From the NCBI GenBank assembly GCA_051362555.1, contig CM120648.1, forward strand, positions 18,224,587 through 18,288,586: a DNA stretch of 64,000 nucleotides, in the 5' to 3' direction. A program made the position numbers and the translations under genes. This document shows positions 35,790 to 49,088 of the stretch, one piece after another. Under the pieces are notes generated by a model, which had not been told where the DNA came from, searched no databases, and worked only from the letters and a program-made list of their open reading frames with translations. Every line of letters begins with the position of its first letter. Positions within the stretch are counted from its first letter, which is position 1. This DNA is from Lingula anatina. Taxonomy: Eukaryota; Animalia; Brachiopoda.

Positions 35790-36900
35790 AACCGACTTCA
35801 CATTAAGCACAACATACCATACAATCTAGCTCGAAGACTATGCACAATTGTCTCAAAGGAAACCACATTAAAACAAAGGCTCAAAGAGCTGGAAGGATTC
35901 CTATTAAGGAGACAATACCCAAGACAACTGATACAAACTGGGATTAAAAAGGCAAAACAGATACCGAAGAATGACCTGAGGACCACCAAAGACAAAATTA
36001 AAATTAAAAAGGAAGCCATACCGTACATATCAACATATAATCCAAAAAATCCGGAAATACACAAGGTCATAACTGGAAACTTACCTTTGGTAAAACAAGA
36101 TGACAAAATGAATGAGATACTAACCGAAATGCAGATTATAAAGAGTAAGAGACAAAGTCCATCACTAAAGCAAATTTTAACAAAAGCAAAAATTGAAAAC
36201 AATTCCAGGACATATGTGGAAACCTCAACAATACGAGTACAGAAATGTGAGGTACCCAGGTGTGGCACCTGTCCACTAAATAAGCCATATAACATTTAAA
36301 AATGGACTTACATTCAGAATCAAACACCCATTCACCTGCACTAGCTCAAATTTAATCTATGTATTAGCCTAACTTGCAGTGGATGCGGTGAGAACTATAT
36401 AGGACAAACTGGAGACACTCTCTGACATAGAATAACCGTTCACAGACAACAAATAACACAACCTAAATATCAGTGCACGTCTGTGAGTGGGCACATTAGG
36501 GAATGCTCTATGAAAGAACTATTTAGGACAAACTGGAGACACTCTCCGACATAGAATGACCGTTCACAGACAACAAATAACACAACCTAAATATCAGTGC
36601 ACGTCTGTGAGTGGGCACATTAGGGAATGCTCTATGAACAAATACAAGGATTTTACGGTATTCCCATTTTATAAATTCACCAGGGAAACAACCCAAACAG
36701 AAAGGGAAATAAAAGAAAATCTATTCATTAATAAGTATAAACCTACATTGAATAGATAAAAGCATTGGTAAAAGTAACAATAAACACTCATTGTTAAAGA
36801 CGTCACACTTAAGCCTTTATGACATCACCTAGTAACAAATAAACAAAACCCCTGAAGAAAGAAAGAAACCGGTCGGGGCAAGAAAGTTGCTGTTCTTCTT
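35790..36900 (+). mobile_element. 5'-truncated Penelope-like element (RT thumb + GIY-YIG endonuclease remnant)
   Basis: HIKHNIPYNLARRLCTIVS, CEVPRCGTCP, CSGCGENYIGQTG and EIKENLFINKYKPTLN; frameshifts, stops and an internal duplication of about 120 bp. Confidence 0.85.
36849..36878 (+). ncRNA. Degenerate minimal type I hammerhead ribozyme in the Penelope pLTR
   Basis: CCC-CTGAAGA-aagaaa-GAAAC-CG-GTC-GGG: core boxes and palindromic stem III (ACCGGT) are present, but stem II is lost. Confidence 0.55.
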
Positions 36901-37003
36901 TTTCTTTTATTATATATAATATTACTCGTACAGGAAAAACGTTTTCATTTTTAATATATATATATAATTGTTATTTTTATTTTCATTATTTTTATTATTT
37001 CAG

Positions 37004-37785
37004 GTTTACAAATGTAGTTGCAAAATGGCCAGGTTCAACTCATGACAGCTTCATTTTCAACCAATGTGCTATACATGAGATGTACGAAGCAGGAATGCTG
37101 CCAAGGAGTTATCTACTCGGAGACAGTGTGTATGCTCTGTCTCCTCTCATGATGACACCAATCCTGCACCCGATCACTGCAGAAGAAGAGGCCTATTCTG
37201 AGAGCCAAAGGAAAACCAGGAGTGTTGTTGAACAGGCACTTGGTGTAACTAAAGGCAGATTCAGGTATGTTTACCCTTTATGGTATATAAATCTAATCCC
37301 TATTGTGATAACACCCATTAACTAAGTTTGTGTATTTACTTTCATCAATCAGTTCCCAACCTACATTCAATAGGGTGACTCCCCTTTTCACCCACACCCA
37401 CACATAATTATAAAACCTAGCAAATAATTTTGTTTCAAAAGTCTTGGTTATAAATCATAATAACGTTAACTAGTCAAAAAAAAAAAAAAAAAAGACTTAT
37501 AAATTTGTGATTTATTGTTTCCTGTAAGAAATATAATCAAATGTTCTGATACAATAATATCTTCTTTATTTTAGGTGTATGCACAAGAATGGTGGCCATC
37601 TCTGGTACACCCCAGAGATGTGTGGGAGAATCATCATGGTCTGTTGTATCCTACACAATTTTTGTCAGGAAAACAACGACCCGCACCATAAGGATGAACA
37701 TCCTGACATTGATGCAAGTGTTCATGACAATGTGTGTTTGTTGGTCCTGTACTTTCCTCTGGTCTCAGGACCAGGGAAGAAATAA
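37004..37785 (+). mobile_element. Harbinger (HARBI1-like) DDE transposase, 3' exons 37004-37264 and 37575-37785
   Basis: FTNVVAKWPGSTHDSFIF, YLLGDS.Y, RKTRSVVEQALGVTKGRFR|C and IIMVCCILHNF; 5' exons not found. Confidence 0.88.
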
Positions 37786-39214
37786 TCAGGAACTTCTTTA
37801 CACATTAGTCATGTACACCTGCCTCGATGTCAGGATCTTCAACTCAGCAGCCACATGAATCTGCCTTATGGTACACCAAGAGCCTTTTCAACAACACTTC
37901 TGTATTTTGACTCTCAGAAAATACCTCTTCCTCTCAATGATCGGCCCCAGGATTAATGACATCATGATTGGAGACAGTGGAAATACTGCCACTGAGTGGG
38001 TAGCCATGTGGCATTTCCTACCTTGTACATCTCTTGTATGGTACAGATATTGAAAATAAAGCTGTCGTGGGTTGTTAGCCAGCCCACCTTGGAACTACAT
38101 TTCCACACTTCCATATTCTCCTGGTATTTTTCTCTAACTCTCAGTTGGATCATTTATGAATCATTGTGGGATGAATACGGATTATTGTTTCATTAAACAA
38201 AATAATGAAAACTGATGTTCTCTTTAAAATGTCATAATTTATTATATTTTGCATATAATACTAAGAACTGAAATTCAAAATAAGTGTACAAAATGACAAA
38301 AGTGTACAAATTTGATTAAATATAACAGCTAGTGTTCATGCAGGAAATTTAATAACAAATTCCAGGAATCAAAAAGACTGATACTTTAAGTCAATTACTT
38401 TTGAAGTACACTTTCAATGCAAATAGGGCAAAATAAAATCACTTTAAAGTTTATGTAAGAAACAAAACAGACGGTCAAGTTATGTTTTACATAATTTTTT
38501 TATTTCATGAAATAATAACATTATGAAAATATAAAAATAATATTATAAACAATTTCCTAAATGTATATTCTTGTCTAAATTAAAGTTAATAAGTACAATA
38601 TAAAAATAAAGTCCTTTTCAAGGACAAAAGCAAATGAAATCTATCCCTTCTAAAAGATTTGTAACAAATTCCAGTTCTTTGCCGAGGTCATAAACTTAGT
38701 TTAAAATACAGCACTGAATGATCAAACTGATTCACATATTTAAAATTTACTGAATGAAAAATACTCAAAATTATCAAAAATAAATTGCATAAATTAAAGG
38801 AAAAAAATAATACAGTCAAGTTGGCATGTATATCCTTATAATCATTCTTGTACGTAAAAAAATAAGTAACAAAGTTTTATTTTTCATTATATTTGTGGTG
38901 GCAGGGTCCACAACAGGGATTTTGACAATTTTGATTCAATATAACATAATACTCAACAGCATATTCACTACAAAATTAAAATAATATAAGTATATGTGAA
39001 AGTTCACAGTACAGGGATGATGACTGCAACAACAGATGCAACTAATGGCTAGTACAGTGATGTACAGTAACATACAGCTAGTATGTGTCTTGGCAAAAAC
39101 ATAAAATATCATGATCCCAATAAGATGCACTCACTGGTAAGTATCTACAAGAGACTCGCTCTTCAGTACATCCAACTTCATTTCACAGTATTCTGTTATT
39201 TTTTCAAATAACAC

Positions 39215-42200
39215 TTAGTTACTTTTGTCAATTTCTAATCTCTCCCTTTCTAATTGTAAACGCTCTTTTTCTACTTTCAACCTCTCCTCCTCTAATGCTA
39301 AGCGACCCTTCTCTACATTGTAAAGCCTTTCACTTACATCTGAAATTTGAAGATGTAATTAATAATTAAATATAAAAATGATATAATAAGAACTCAATCT
39401 TTTCAATATTCTAAATTTTACAGATACTGTACTTTTAAGTCAATGTGATAATTTTTCATAAATGAACATATTCCTGTTGAGTTGCAGCAACAAAAATGAA
39501 AAGCCGACCATCTGACAATGTTGAACGCTTTCATAAGCTATATGTTTGAAATTACCAATAAAGTTTCATTTGTTAATAGGTATAGAAATAATTAACTCAT
39601 ATGTTTCAACAAATTTTAGACTGAAAAGCACACCTGGCTGCCCACATATGGTAATGCCTATCACAGCCCTCATTTCCCTGATGAAGTCTGGCTGTAAGCA
39701 AACACTATATACATAGGTATATACTCCCCGAACAAATGATTTAAGAGCATTACTTATTCAAACACAAATGTAAATATTAATGTTTATATACCTTGTGATG
39801 ATGTATGCACCTTCTTCTTTCTACTGGATGAACCGGTTGCTGAAATCGGCATTTACATGTTAAAATTAGCTGATATAAATAATAATAATCAAAATGCATT
39901 TTGATCAAGTGATTATGTAATGTCCTAAATTCATGTGTTAAAATGGGTGATGTAATTATACATTAAAATATGCAAGTAATCAGAAGCAGTGAACATTGAT
40001 TGGAAAACATAAAATAAATACATATATTTTAATAAAATCTAAAATTAAACATAATAAATACCTCTTCTTTTAAATGGTACATGGCAGGAAATGTTCATAG
40101 CTAACAAAGAAAATAGCAATACTATATATGAACATATGATGATTACCTTTCCCTGATGTTAACAAATAATATATCTGTATAAGGATGGGTCCCACTCTAC
40201 AGTGACTCTTGTAAAGTGTAATCTGCATAACTGAATGACATGCCTCCTCCAGCGGCTACAGGGTACTGAACTTGCATGTGTGCTCAGATTAATTACCTCC
40301 TAGGTGTTGAAGAAGGCAAGTCACACAGTAAAGGTATAAGGATCTCACACAGAGTTGTACCAACCCAACTTAATGTAATAGGCTGTGTTTCCCTGTATTG
40401 GGATCTAAGAGATTGTATTCTTTTAATTTTAATTTCAATGTTTCTCTCAATATGATAATTTATATTGTTTTACTTGCAACTTTAAAACAGATGGATTAGA
40501 ATATATATGCAATAAGCACCTGTTCTTATGCCCGTTTCATGACTAGAATCTGTAGCTTGCACGTCTTCATGCCTAGTATAGATGGAGGTGGATTCTCCAT
40601 TACTATCATTCCTAGTATAGATGGAGGTGGATTCTGCATTACTATCATTCCTAGTATAGATGGAGGTGGATTCTGCATTACTATCATTCCTAGTATTCAT
40701 GGAGGTGGATTCTGCATTACTATCATTCCTAGTATTCATGGAGGTGGATTCTGCATTACTATCATTCCTAGTATTCATGGAGGTGGATTCTGCATTACTA
40801 TCATTCCTAGTATTCATGGAGGTGGATTCTGCATTACTATCATTCCTAGTATTCATGGAGGTGGATTCTGCATTACTATCAATCCTAGTATAGATGGAGG
40901 TGGATTCTGCATTACTATCATTCCTAGTATTCATGGAGGTGGATTCTGCATTACTATCAATCCTAGTATAGATGGAGGTGGATTCTGCATTACTATCATT
41001 CCTAGTATAGATGGAGGTGGATTCTGCATTACTATCATTCCTAGTATAGATGGAGGTGGATTCTGCATTACTATCATTCCTAGTATAGATGGAGGTGGAT
41101 TCTGCATTACTATCATTCCTAGTATAGATGGAGGTGGATTCTGCATTACTATCATTCCTAGTATTCATGGAGGTGGATTCTGCATTACTATCATTCCTAG
41201 TATTCATGGAGGTGGATTCTGCATTACTATCATTCCTAGTATTCATGGAGGTGGATTCTGCATTACTATCATTCCTAGTATTCATGGAGGTGGATTCTGC
41301 ATTACTATCATTCCTAGTATTCATGGAGGTGGATTCTGCATTACTATCATTCCTAGTATTCATGGAGGTGGATTCTGCATTACTATCAATCCTAGTATAG
41401 ATGGAGGTGGATTCTGCATTACTATCATTCCTAGTATAGATGGAGGTGGATTCTGCATTACTATCATTCCTAGTATAGATGGAGGTGGATTCTGCATTAC
41501 TATCATTCCTAGTATTCATGGAGGTGGATTCTGCATTACTATCATTCCTAGTATAGATGGAGGTGGATTCTGCATTACTATCATTCCTAGTATAGATGGA
41601 GGTGGATTCTGCATTACTATCATTCCTAGTATAGATGGAGGTGGATTCTGCATTACTATCATTCCTAGTATTCATGGAGGTGGATTCTGCATTACTATCA
41701 TTCCTAGTATAGATGGAGGTGGATTCTGCATTACTATCATTCCTAGTATTCATGGAGGTGGATTCTGCATTACTATCATTCCTAGTATAGATGGAGGTGG
41801 ATTCTGCATTACTATCATTCCTAGTATTCATGGAGGTGGATTCTGCATTACTATCATTCCTAGTATAGATGGAGGTGGATTCTGCATTACTATCATTCCT
41901 AGTATAGATGGAGGTGGATTCTGCATTACTATCATTCCTAGTATAGATAGAGGTGGATTCTGCATTACTATCATTCCTAGTATAGATGGAGGTGGATTCT
42001 GCATTACTATCATTCCTAGTATTCATGGAGGTGGATTCTGCATTACTATCATTCCTAGTATAGATGGAGGTGGATTCTGCATTACTATCATTCCTAGTAT
42101 TCATGGAGGTGGATTCTGCATTACTATCATTCCTAGTATAGATGGAGGTGGATTCTGCATTACTATCATTCCTAGTATAGATGGAGGTGGATTCTGCATT

Positions 42201-45200
42201 ACTATCATTCCTAGTATAGATGGAGGTAGATTCTGCATTACTATCATTCCTAGTATAGATGGAGGTGGATTCTGCATTACTATCATTCCTAGTATAGATG
42301 GAGGTGGATTCTGCATTACTATCATTCCTAGTATAGATGGAGGTGGATTCTGCATTACTATCATTCCTAGTATAGATGGAGGTGGATTCTGCATTACTAT
42401 CATTCCTAGTATTCATGGAGGTGGATTCTGCATTACTATCATTCCTAGTATAGATGGTGGTGGATTCTGCATTACTATCATTCCTAGTATAGATGGTGGT
42501 GGATTCTGCATTACTATCATTCCTAGTATAGATGGAGGTGGATTCTGCAATACTATCATTCCTAGTATAGATGGAGGTGGATTCTGCATTACTATCATTC
42601 CTAGTATTCATGGAGGTGGATTCTGCATTACTATCATTCCTAGTATTCATGGAGGTGGATTCTGCATTACTATCATTCCTAGTATTCATGGAGGTGGATT
42701 CTGCATTACTATCAATCCTAGTATAGATGGAGGTGGATTCTGCATTACTATCATTCCTAGTATTCATGGAGGTGGATTCTGCATTTCTATCAATCCTAGT
42801 ATAGATGGAGGTGGATTCTGCATTACTATCATTCCTAGTATAGATGGAGGTGGATTCTGCATTACTATCATTCCTAGTATAGATGGAGGTGGATTCTGCA
42901 TTACTATCATTCCTAGTATAGATGGAGGTGGATTCTGCATTACTATCATTCCTAGTATAGATGGAGGTGGATTCTGCATTACTATCATTCCTAGTATTCA
43001 TGGAGGTGGATTCTGCATTACTATCATTCCTAGTATTCATGGAGGTGGATTCTGCATTACTATCATTCCTAGTATTCATGGAGGTGGATTCTGCATTACT
43101 ATCATTCCTAGTATTCATGGAGGTGGATTCTGCATTACTATCATTCCTAGTATTCATGGAGGTGGATTCTGCATTACTATCAATCCTAGTATAGATGGAG
43201 GTGGATTCTGCATTACTATCATTCCTAGTATTCATGGAGGTGGATTCTGCATTACTATCAATCCTAGTATAGATGGAGGTGGATTCTGCATTACTATCAT
43301 TCCTAGTATAGATGGAGGTGGATTCTGCATTACTATCATTCCTAGTATAGATGGAGGTGGATTCTGCATTACTATCATTCCTAGTATTCATGGAGGTGGA
43401 TTCTGCATTACTATCATTCCTAGTATAGATGGAGGTGGATTCTGCATTACTATCATTCCTAGTATTCATGGAGGTGGATTCTGCATTACTATCATTCCTA
43501 GTATAGATGGAGGTGGATTCTGCATTACTATCATTCCTAGTATAGATGGAGGTGGATTCTGCATTACTATCATTCCTAGTATTCATGGAGGTGGATTCTG
43601 CATTACTATCATTCCTAGTATAGATGGAGGTGGATTCTGCATTACTATCATTCCTAGTATTCATGGAGGTGGATTCTGCATTACTATCATTCCTAGTATT
43701 CATGGAGGTGGATTCTGCATTACTATCATTCCTAGTATAGATGGAGGTGGATTCTGCATTACTATCATTCCTAGTATAGATGGAGGTGGATTCTGCATTA
43801 CTATCATTCCTAGTATTCATGGAGGTGGATTCTGCATTACTATCATTCCTAGTATAGATGGAGGTGGATTCTGCATTACTATCATTCCTAGTATTCATGG
43901 AGGTGGATTCTGCATTACTATCATTCCTAGTATAGATGGAGGTGGATTCTGCATTACTATCATTCCTAGTATAGATGGAGGTGGATTCTGCATTACTATC
44001 ATTCCTAGTATAGATGGAGGTGGATTCTGCATTACTATCATTCCTAGTATAGATGGAGGTGGATTCTGCATTACTATCATTCCTAGTATAGATGGAGGTG
44101 GATTCTGCATTACTATCATTCCTAGTATAGATGGAGGTGGATTCTGCATTACTATCATTCCTAGTATAGATGGAGGTGGATTCTGCATTACTATCATTCC
44201 TAGTATTCATGGAGGTGGATTCTGCATTACTATCATTCCTAGTATAGATGGTGGTGGATTCTGCATTACTATCATTCCTAGTATTCATGGAGGTGGATTC
44301 TGCATTACTATCAATCCTAGTATAGATGGAGGTGGATTCTGCATTACTATCATTCCTAGTATTCATGGAGGTGGATTCTGCATTACTATCAATCCTAGTA
44401 TAGATGGAGGTGGATTCTGCATTACTATCATTCCTAGTATAGATGGAGGTGGATTCTGCATTACTATCATTCCTAGTATAGATGGAGGTGGATTCTGCAT
44501 TACTATCATTCCTAGTATTCATGGAGGTGGATTCTGCATTACTATCATTCCTAGTATAGATGGAGGTGGATTCTGCATTACTATCATTCCTAGTATTCAT
44601 GGAGGTGGATTCTGCATTACTATCATTCCTAGTATAGATGGAGGTGGATTCTGCATTACTATCATTCCTAGTATAGATGGAGGTGGATTCTGCATTACTA
44701 TCATTCCTAGTATTCATGGAGGTGGATTCTGCATTACTATCATTCCTAGTATAGATGGAGGTGGATTCTGCATTACTATCATTCCTAGTATTCATGGAGG
44801 TGGATTCTGCATTACTATCATTCCTAGTATTCATGGAGGTGGATTCTGCATTACTATCATTCCTAGTATAGATGGAGGTGGATTCTGCATTACTATCATT
44901 CCTAGTATTCATGGAGGTGGATTCTGCATTACTATCATTCCTAGTATAGATGGAGGTGGATTCTGCATTACTATCATTCCTAGTATAGATGGAGGTGGAT
45001 TCTGCATTACTATCATTCCTAGTATAGATGGAGGTGGATTCTGCATTACTATCATTCCTAGTATTCATGGAGGTGGATTCTGCATTACTATCATTCCTAG
45101 TATAGATGGAGGTGGATTCTGCATTACTATCATTCCTAGTATTCATGGAGGTGGATTCTGCATTACTATCATTCCTAGTATAGATGGAGGTGGATTCTGC

Positions 45201-48200
45201 ATTACTATCATTCCTAGTATGGATGGAGGTGGATTCTGCATTACTATCATTCCTAGTATAGATGGAGGTGGATTCTGCATTACTATCATTCCTAGTATAG
45301 ATGGAGGTGGATTCTGCATTACTATCATTCCTAGTATAGATGGAGGTGGATTCTGCATTACTATCATTCCTAGTATAGATGGAGGTGGATTCTGCATTAC
45401 TATCATTCCTAGTATTCATGGAGGTGGATTCTGCATTACTATCATTCCTAGTATAGATGGTGGTGGATTCTGCATTACTATCATTCCTAGTATAGATGGT
45501 GGTGGATTCTGCATTACTATCATTCCTAGTATAGATGGAGGTGGATTCTGCAATACTATCATTCCTAGTATAGATGGAGGTGGATTCTGCATTACTATCA
45601 TTCCTAGTATTCATGGAGGTGGATTCTGCATTACTATCATTCCTAGTATTCATGGAGGTGGATTCTGCATTACTATCATTCCTAGTATTCATGGAGGTGG
45701 ATTCTGCATTACTATCATTCCTAGTATAGATGGTGGTGGATTCTGCATTACTATCATTCCTAGTATAGATGGTGGTGGATTCTGCATTACTATCATTCCT
45801 AGTATAGATGGAGGTGGATTCTGCAATACTATCATTCCTAGTATAGATGGAGGTGGATTCTGCATTACTATCATTCCTAGTATTCATGGAGGTGGATTCT
45901 GCATTACTATCATTCCTAGTATTCATGGAGGTGGATTCTGCATTACTATCATTCCTAGTATTCATGGAGGTGGATTCTGCATTACTATCATTCCTAGTAT
46001 AGATGGTGGTGGATTCTGCATTACTATCATTCCTAGTATAGATGGAGGTGGATTCTGCAATACTATCATTCCTAGTATAGATGGAGGTGGATTCTGCATT
46101 ACTATCATTCCTAGTATTCATGGAGGTGGATTCTGCATTACTATCATTCCTAGTATTCATGGAGGTGGATTCTGCATTACTATCATCTACATAAGAACAG
46201 ATACATGTACTTTATTACCAAACATTACATTTAAACCACTTTCAAGAACCAAGTTGAATAACTTGGTCACATATTTCTTCCAAAGCAGTTATTACAATTT
46301 CATACATCAAATTCATACACTGTAGCTACAGTATATCATTTGACCTTTACTAGGCTAATTCATTATAATTAAATTTCATACCTATAAACAACTGGCTGTC
46401 ATTTCCTGCCAATTCTTTGATACCCTCTACTGCAGTTTCTCCAATTATCTCTATTAGCTGATCAGTATAAAAATATAGAGATATATGTATATATAAAATA
46501 TGCCTCCTGGTGATTGGACATTCCAATAGGGCATGTCTGTGAACCTCAGTGTTGAAGTATTCATATTCACAGAGTCAGTCTAAGTTAATTACTCTACTTA
46601 AAATCATCTTGATGTTCTTAAAGCAATTAAATATAAAACGAAGTTAGCCATTGTGCAATTTAATATACAAATTTCATTTTAAATAATAACAAAATAACAC
46701 CTTCTCCCACTCTGACAGTGGACTGGGCCTTGCCTCAGTTTTCGGCCTTACAAGCTCACGGTACCCTTACCGCTGGTAAGGCCTCATAGCAGTATGTACA
46801 AAAAACTTGAGACACTTAAGTACCTCGAAATGTCCACGTTCTGACAATCTCTGTGGGTCCTCCGTTGTACCTTGTAGTATGTAAATCCAATTAAAAGTGT
46901 TTTCGTGTACCTTCAGGCACGAAGTTCATAAAGTTTTGGTCACTTTATTTCAGCTTCCTCCTGCACCGACACAACAGCACGCCATATTGTGGTACACTTG
47001 CGGAAAGGACGACCACCTTTTCAAGGTCGACCTCGAAATGGAGTTGACCTGTTTCACGTTTCCAATGTAAACTTTTAGCGCCCTCGGGTGACGAGTTGTG
47101 AAAAATGGTGTTTGATCCATGTAGGCAACCTAGCTCCAGTTTATGTTTTACAAGCATTTGGCCATCCATTTGCGCTTCTGACGAATTTGGCCTACCTTTG
47201 CCCTAAAACCTACTTGAATAAATATTTGAGAAATTTTATAATTATAGCATTTTATAGCAATAAAAATATATTTAAAAATCACGTATTGTTTTATTTTTTA
47301 TTTTTAGTAGTATTATATTTTCGCCCTTAATCAAAATACATACATGAATTACATTAAAAGGAAAAAATGTTTTACTTATTTTTTTCTCAATTTATTTATT
47401 TTTATTTCTTTTGAGGAAGAGGTTAAGGTGTACAGAGGCCTTGAAGTCGTTTGTGTGATGCAAAAATGAAATAAATGACTGGTAACTGTTTGATGTTCCC
47501 AGAGTGAATGACGCCTATTCGTTTTGCGGTTCATTTTTCATTTCCAGTCTTGTATTTTTGACTTGAGCTGCAATTTATTTATTTATTTTTATTTTATCAT
47601 TTTTTGTCCTCTCCCAGGAGTGTTTGGAACACCAGAGCTCGAGCATGTCATCCATAAAATAATAAATAAACAAAACAAAGAAATAAAAATAAAAAAATAA
47701 AAAAATTGATTAAAAAAATAAGTAAAAATAATTTCATTTTAATGTAATTCATGTATGTATTTTGATTAAGGGCGAAAATATAATACTACTAATAATTAAA
47801 AAATATAAAACAATACGTGATTTTTAAATATATTTTTATTGCTATAAAATACTATAATTATAAAATTTCTCAAATATTTATTCAAGTAGGTTTTAGGGCA
47901 AAGGTAGGCCAAATTCGTCAGAAGCGCAAATGGATGGCCAAATGCTTGTAAAACATAAACTGGAGCTAGGTTGCCTACATGGATCAAACACCATTTTTCA
48001 CAACTCGTCACCCGAGGGCGCTAAAAGTTTACATTGGAAACGTGAAACAGGTCAACTCCATTTCGAGGTCGACCTTGAAAAGGTGGTCGTCCTTTCCGCA
48101 AGTGTACCACAATATGGCGTGCTGTTGTGTCGGTGCAGGAGGAAGCTGAAATAAAGTGACCAAAACTTTATGAACTTCGTGCCTGAAGGTACACGAAAAC

Positions 48201-48509
48201 ACTTTTAATTGGATTTACATACTACAAGGTACAACGGAGGACCCACAGAGATTGTCAGAACGTGGACATTTCGAGGTACTTAAGTGTCTCAAGTTTTTTG
48301 TACATACTGCTATGAGGCCTTACCAGCGGTAAGGGTACCGTGAGCTTGTAAGGCCGAAAACTGAGGCAAGACTGGGCCCCACACCACCACCTGTCTGCCG
48401 CATTGCTGCACCCCGTTTGGTCTCTTTGCGCTTAGTGCGAGACGTGAGGTCATGCCATATTTTCCTGACCTCTCGGAAACTCCTCTTTATATGTGAAACA
48501 CTGTTAACT
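39215..48509 (-). CDS. Harbinger Myb/SANT (trihelix-like) DNA-binding protein gene, disrupted. Exons: 48509-48370 + 46720-46701, 46457-46382, 46186-40520, 40100-40062, 39839-39792, 39339-39215
   Basis: VNSVS..KRS..EVRKIWHDL...TGGGVGPSPLSEWEK|LIEIIGETAVEGI..., and a C-terminal coiled coil ERLKVEKERLQLERERLEID. Phases are compatible and it is convergent with the transposase, as in Harbinger elements. Confidence 0.75.
40571..46186. repeat. 39-bp minisatellite, about 144 units
   Basis: Unit CCTAGTAT(AG/TC)ATGGAGGTGGATTCTGCATTACTATCATT; on the minus strand it encodes RNDSNAESTS(IY/MN)T. Confidence 0.98.
46730..48369. mobile_element. Foldback/MULE-like element with about 650-bp TIRs, inserted in the Myb exon
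   Basis: Near-perfect long inverted repeat and a 9-bp TSD GACTGGGCC at 46721-46729 and 48370-48378. Confidence 0.9.
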
Positions 48510-49088
48510 CTAGAAGGAAAGCATTCATAATTCATAAAAAAATATAAGAATCACCACTTTATTGCTTCATCATACTGTACATGACCATGTCAAGATGTGT
48601 TAATAGAGAGCAATTACAATTACTTTTATTGAATAACTACAACAACATACCAAACATCAATAAGCAATAATTAAATATAATGGATATATTTTTACCATGG
48701 CAAAACGGACTACGATTAACAGATGTTGTGTTCGTGCATTTTCCTACCTTCACCCGGTGTGCTCTCCCTGCGCGGAGAGCGCGCAATTACGGTAAGTACT
48801 GCGCACACCAGGTGGAGAGTCCAACTTCCCTGCCTGATCCCGGTGAGTACAACTCAACCACAGCTACCGTGCAGACGTGTATGGTACAGACGACAAAAAT
48901 AATCAGAATTGAGACACAATACACAGTGATCTACAATCTCACTCCGTAAGTAGAACCAGTGAATACTTTATTGGCGACAAGGCATTCGTAACTTGTAATT
49001 TTGCGGGCCTAAAGCTTAGTTTTCGCTGCGATCTAGCTGAAAGTAGATTGCGCGGGAAATTCCTTTGTCTAACATCCATTTGAATAAT

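Noticed and set aside
34680-35790. Possible non-autonomous transposon remnant upstream of the Penelope fragment (similar doubt for about 25025-26170 and 18640-19000)
   Set aside because: I could not establish convincing paired termini or TSDs.
40571-46186. CRISPR-like appearance of the regular array
   Set aside because: No unique spacers, no cas genes, and a eukaryotic context.
40539-46325. 1928-aa + strand ORF of IIPSIDGGGFCIT repeats and the many small ORFs within the array
   Set aside because: By-products of a stop-free 39-bp unit; only the minus frame has splice sites and flanking exon context.
46945-48154. Identical 74-aa ORFs on opposite strands
   Set aside because: Mirror images produced by the foldback TIRs.
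48680-48949. Recurrent 60-97 aa ORFs (FVHFPTFTRCALPARR...), also at 52103, 57149 and 61108
   Set aside because: They are LTR sequence and show no protein features.
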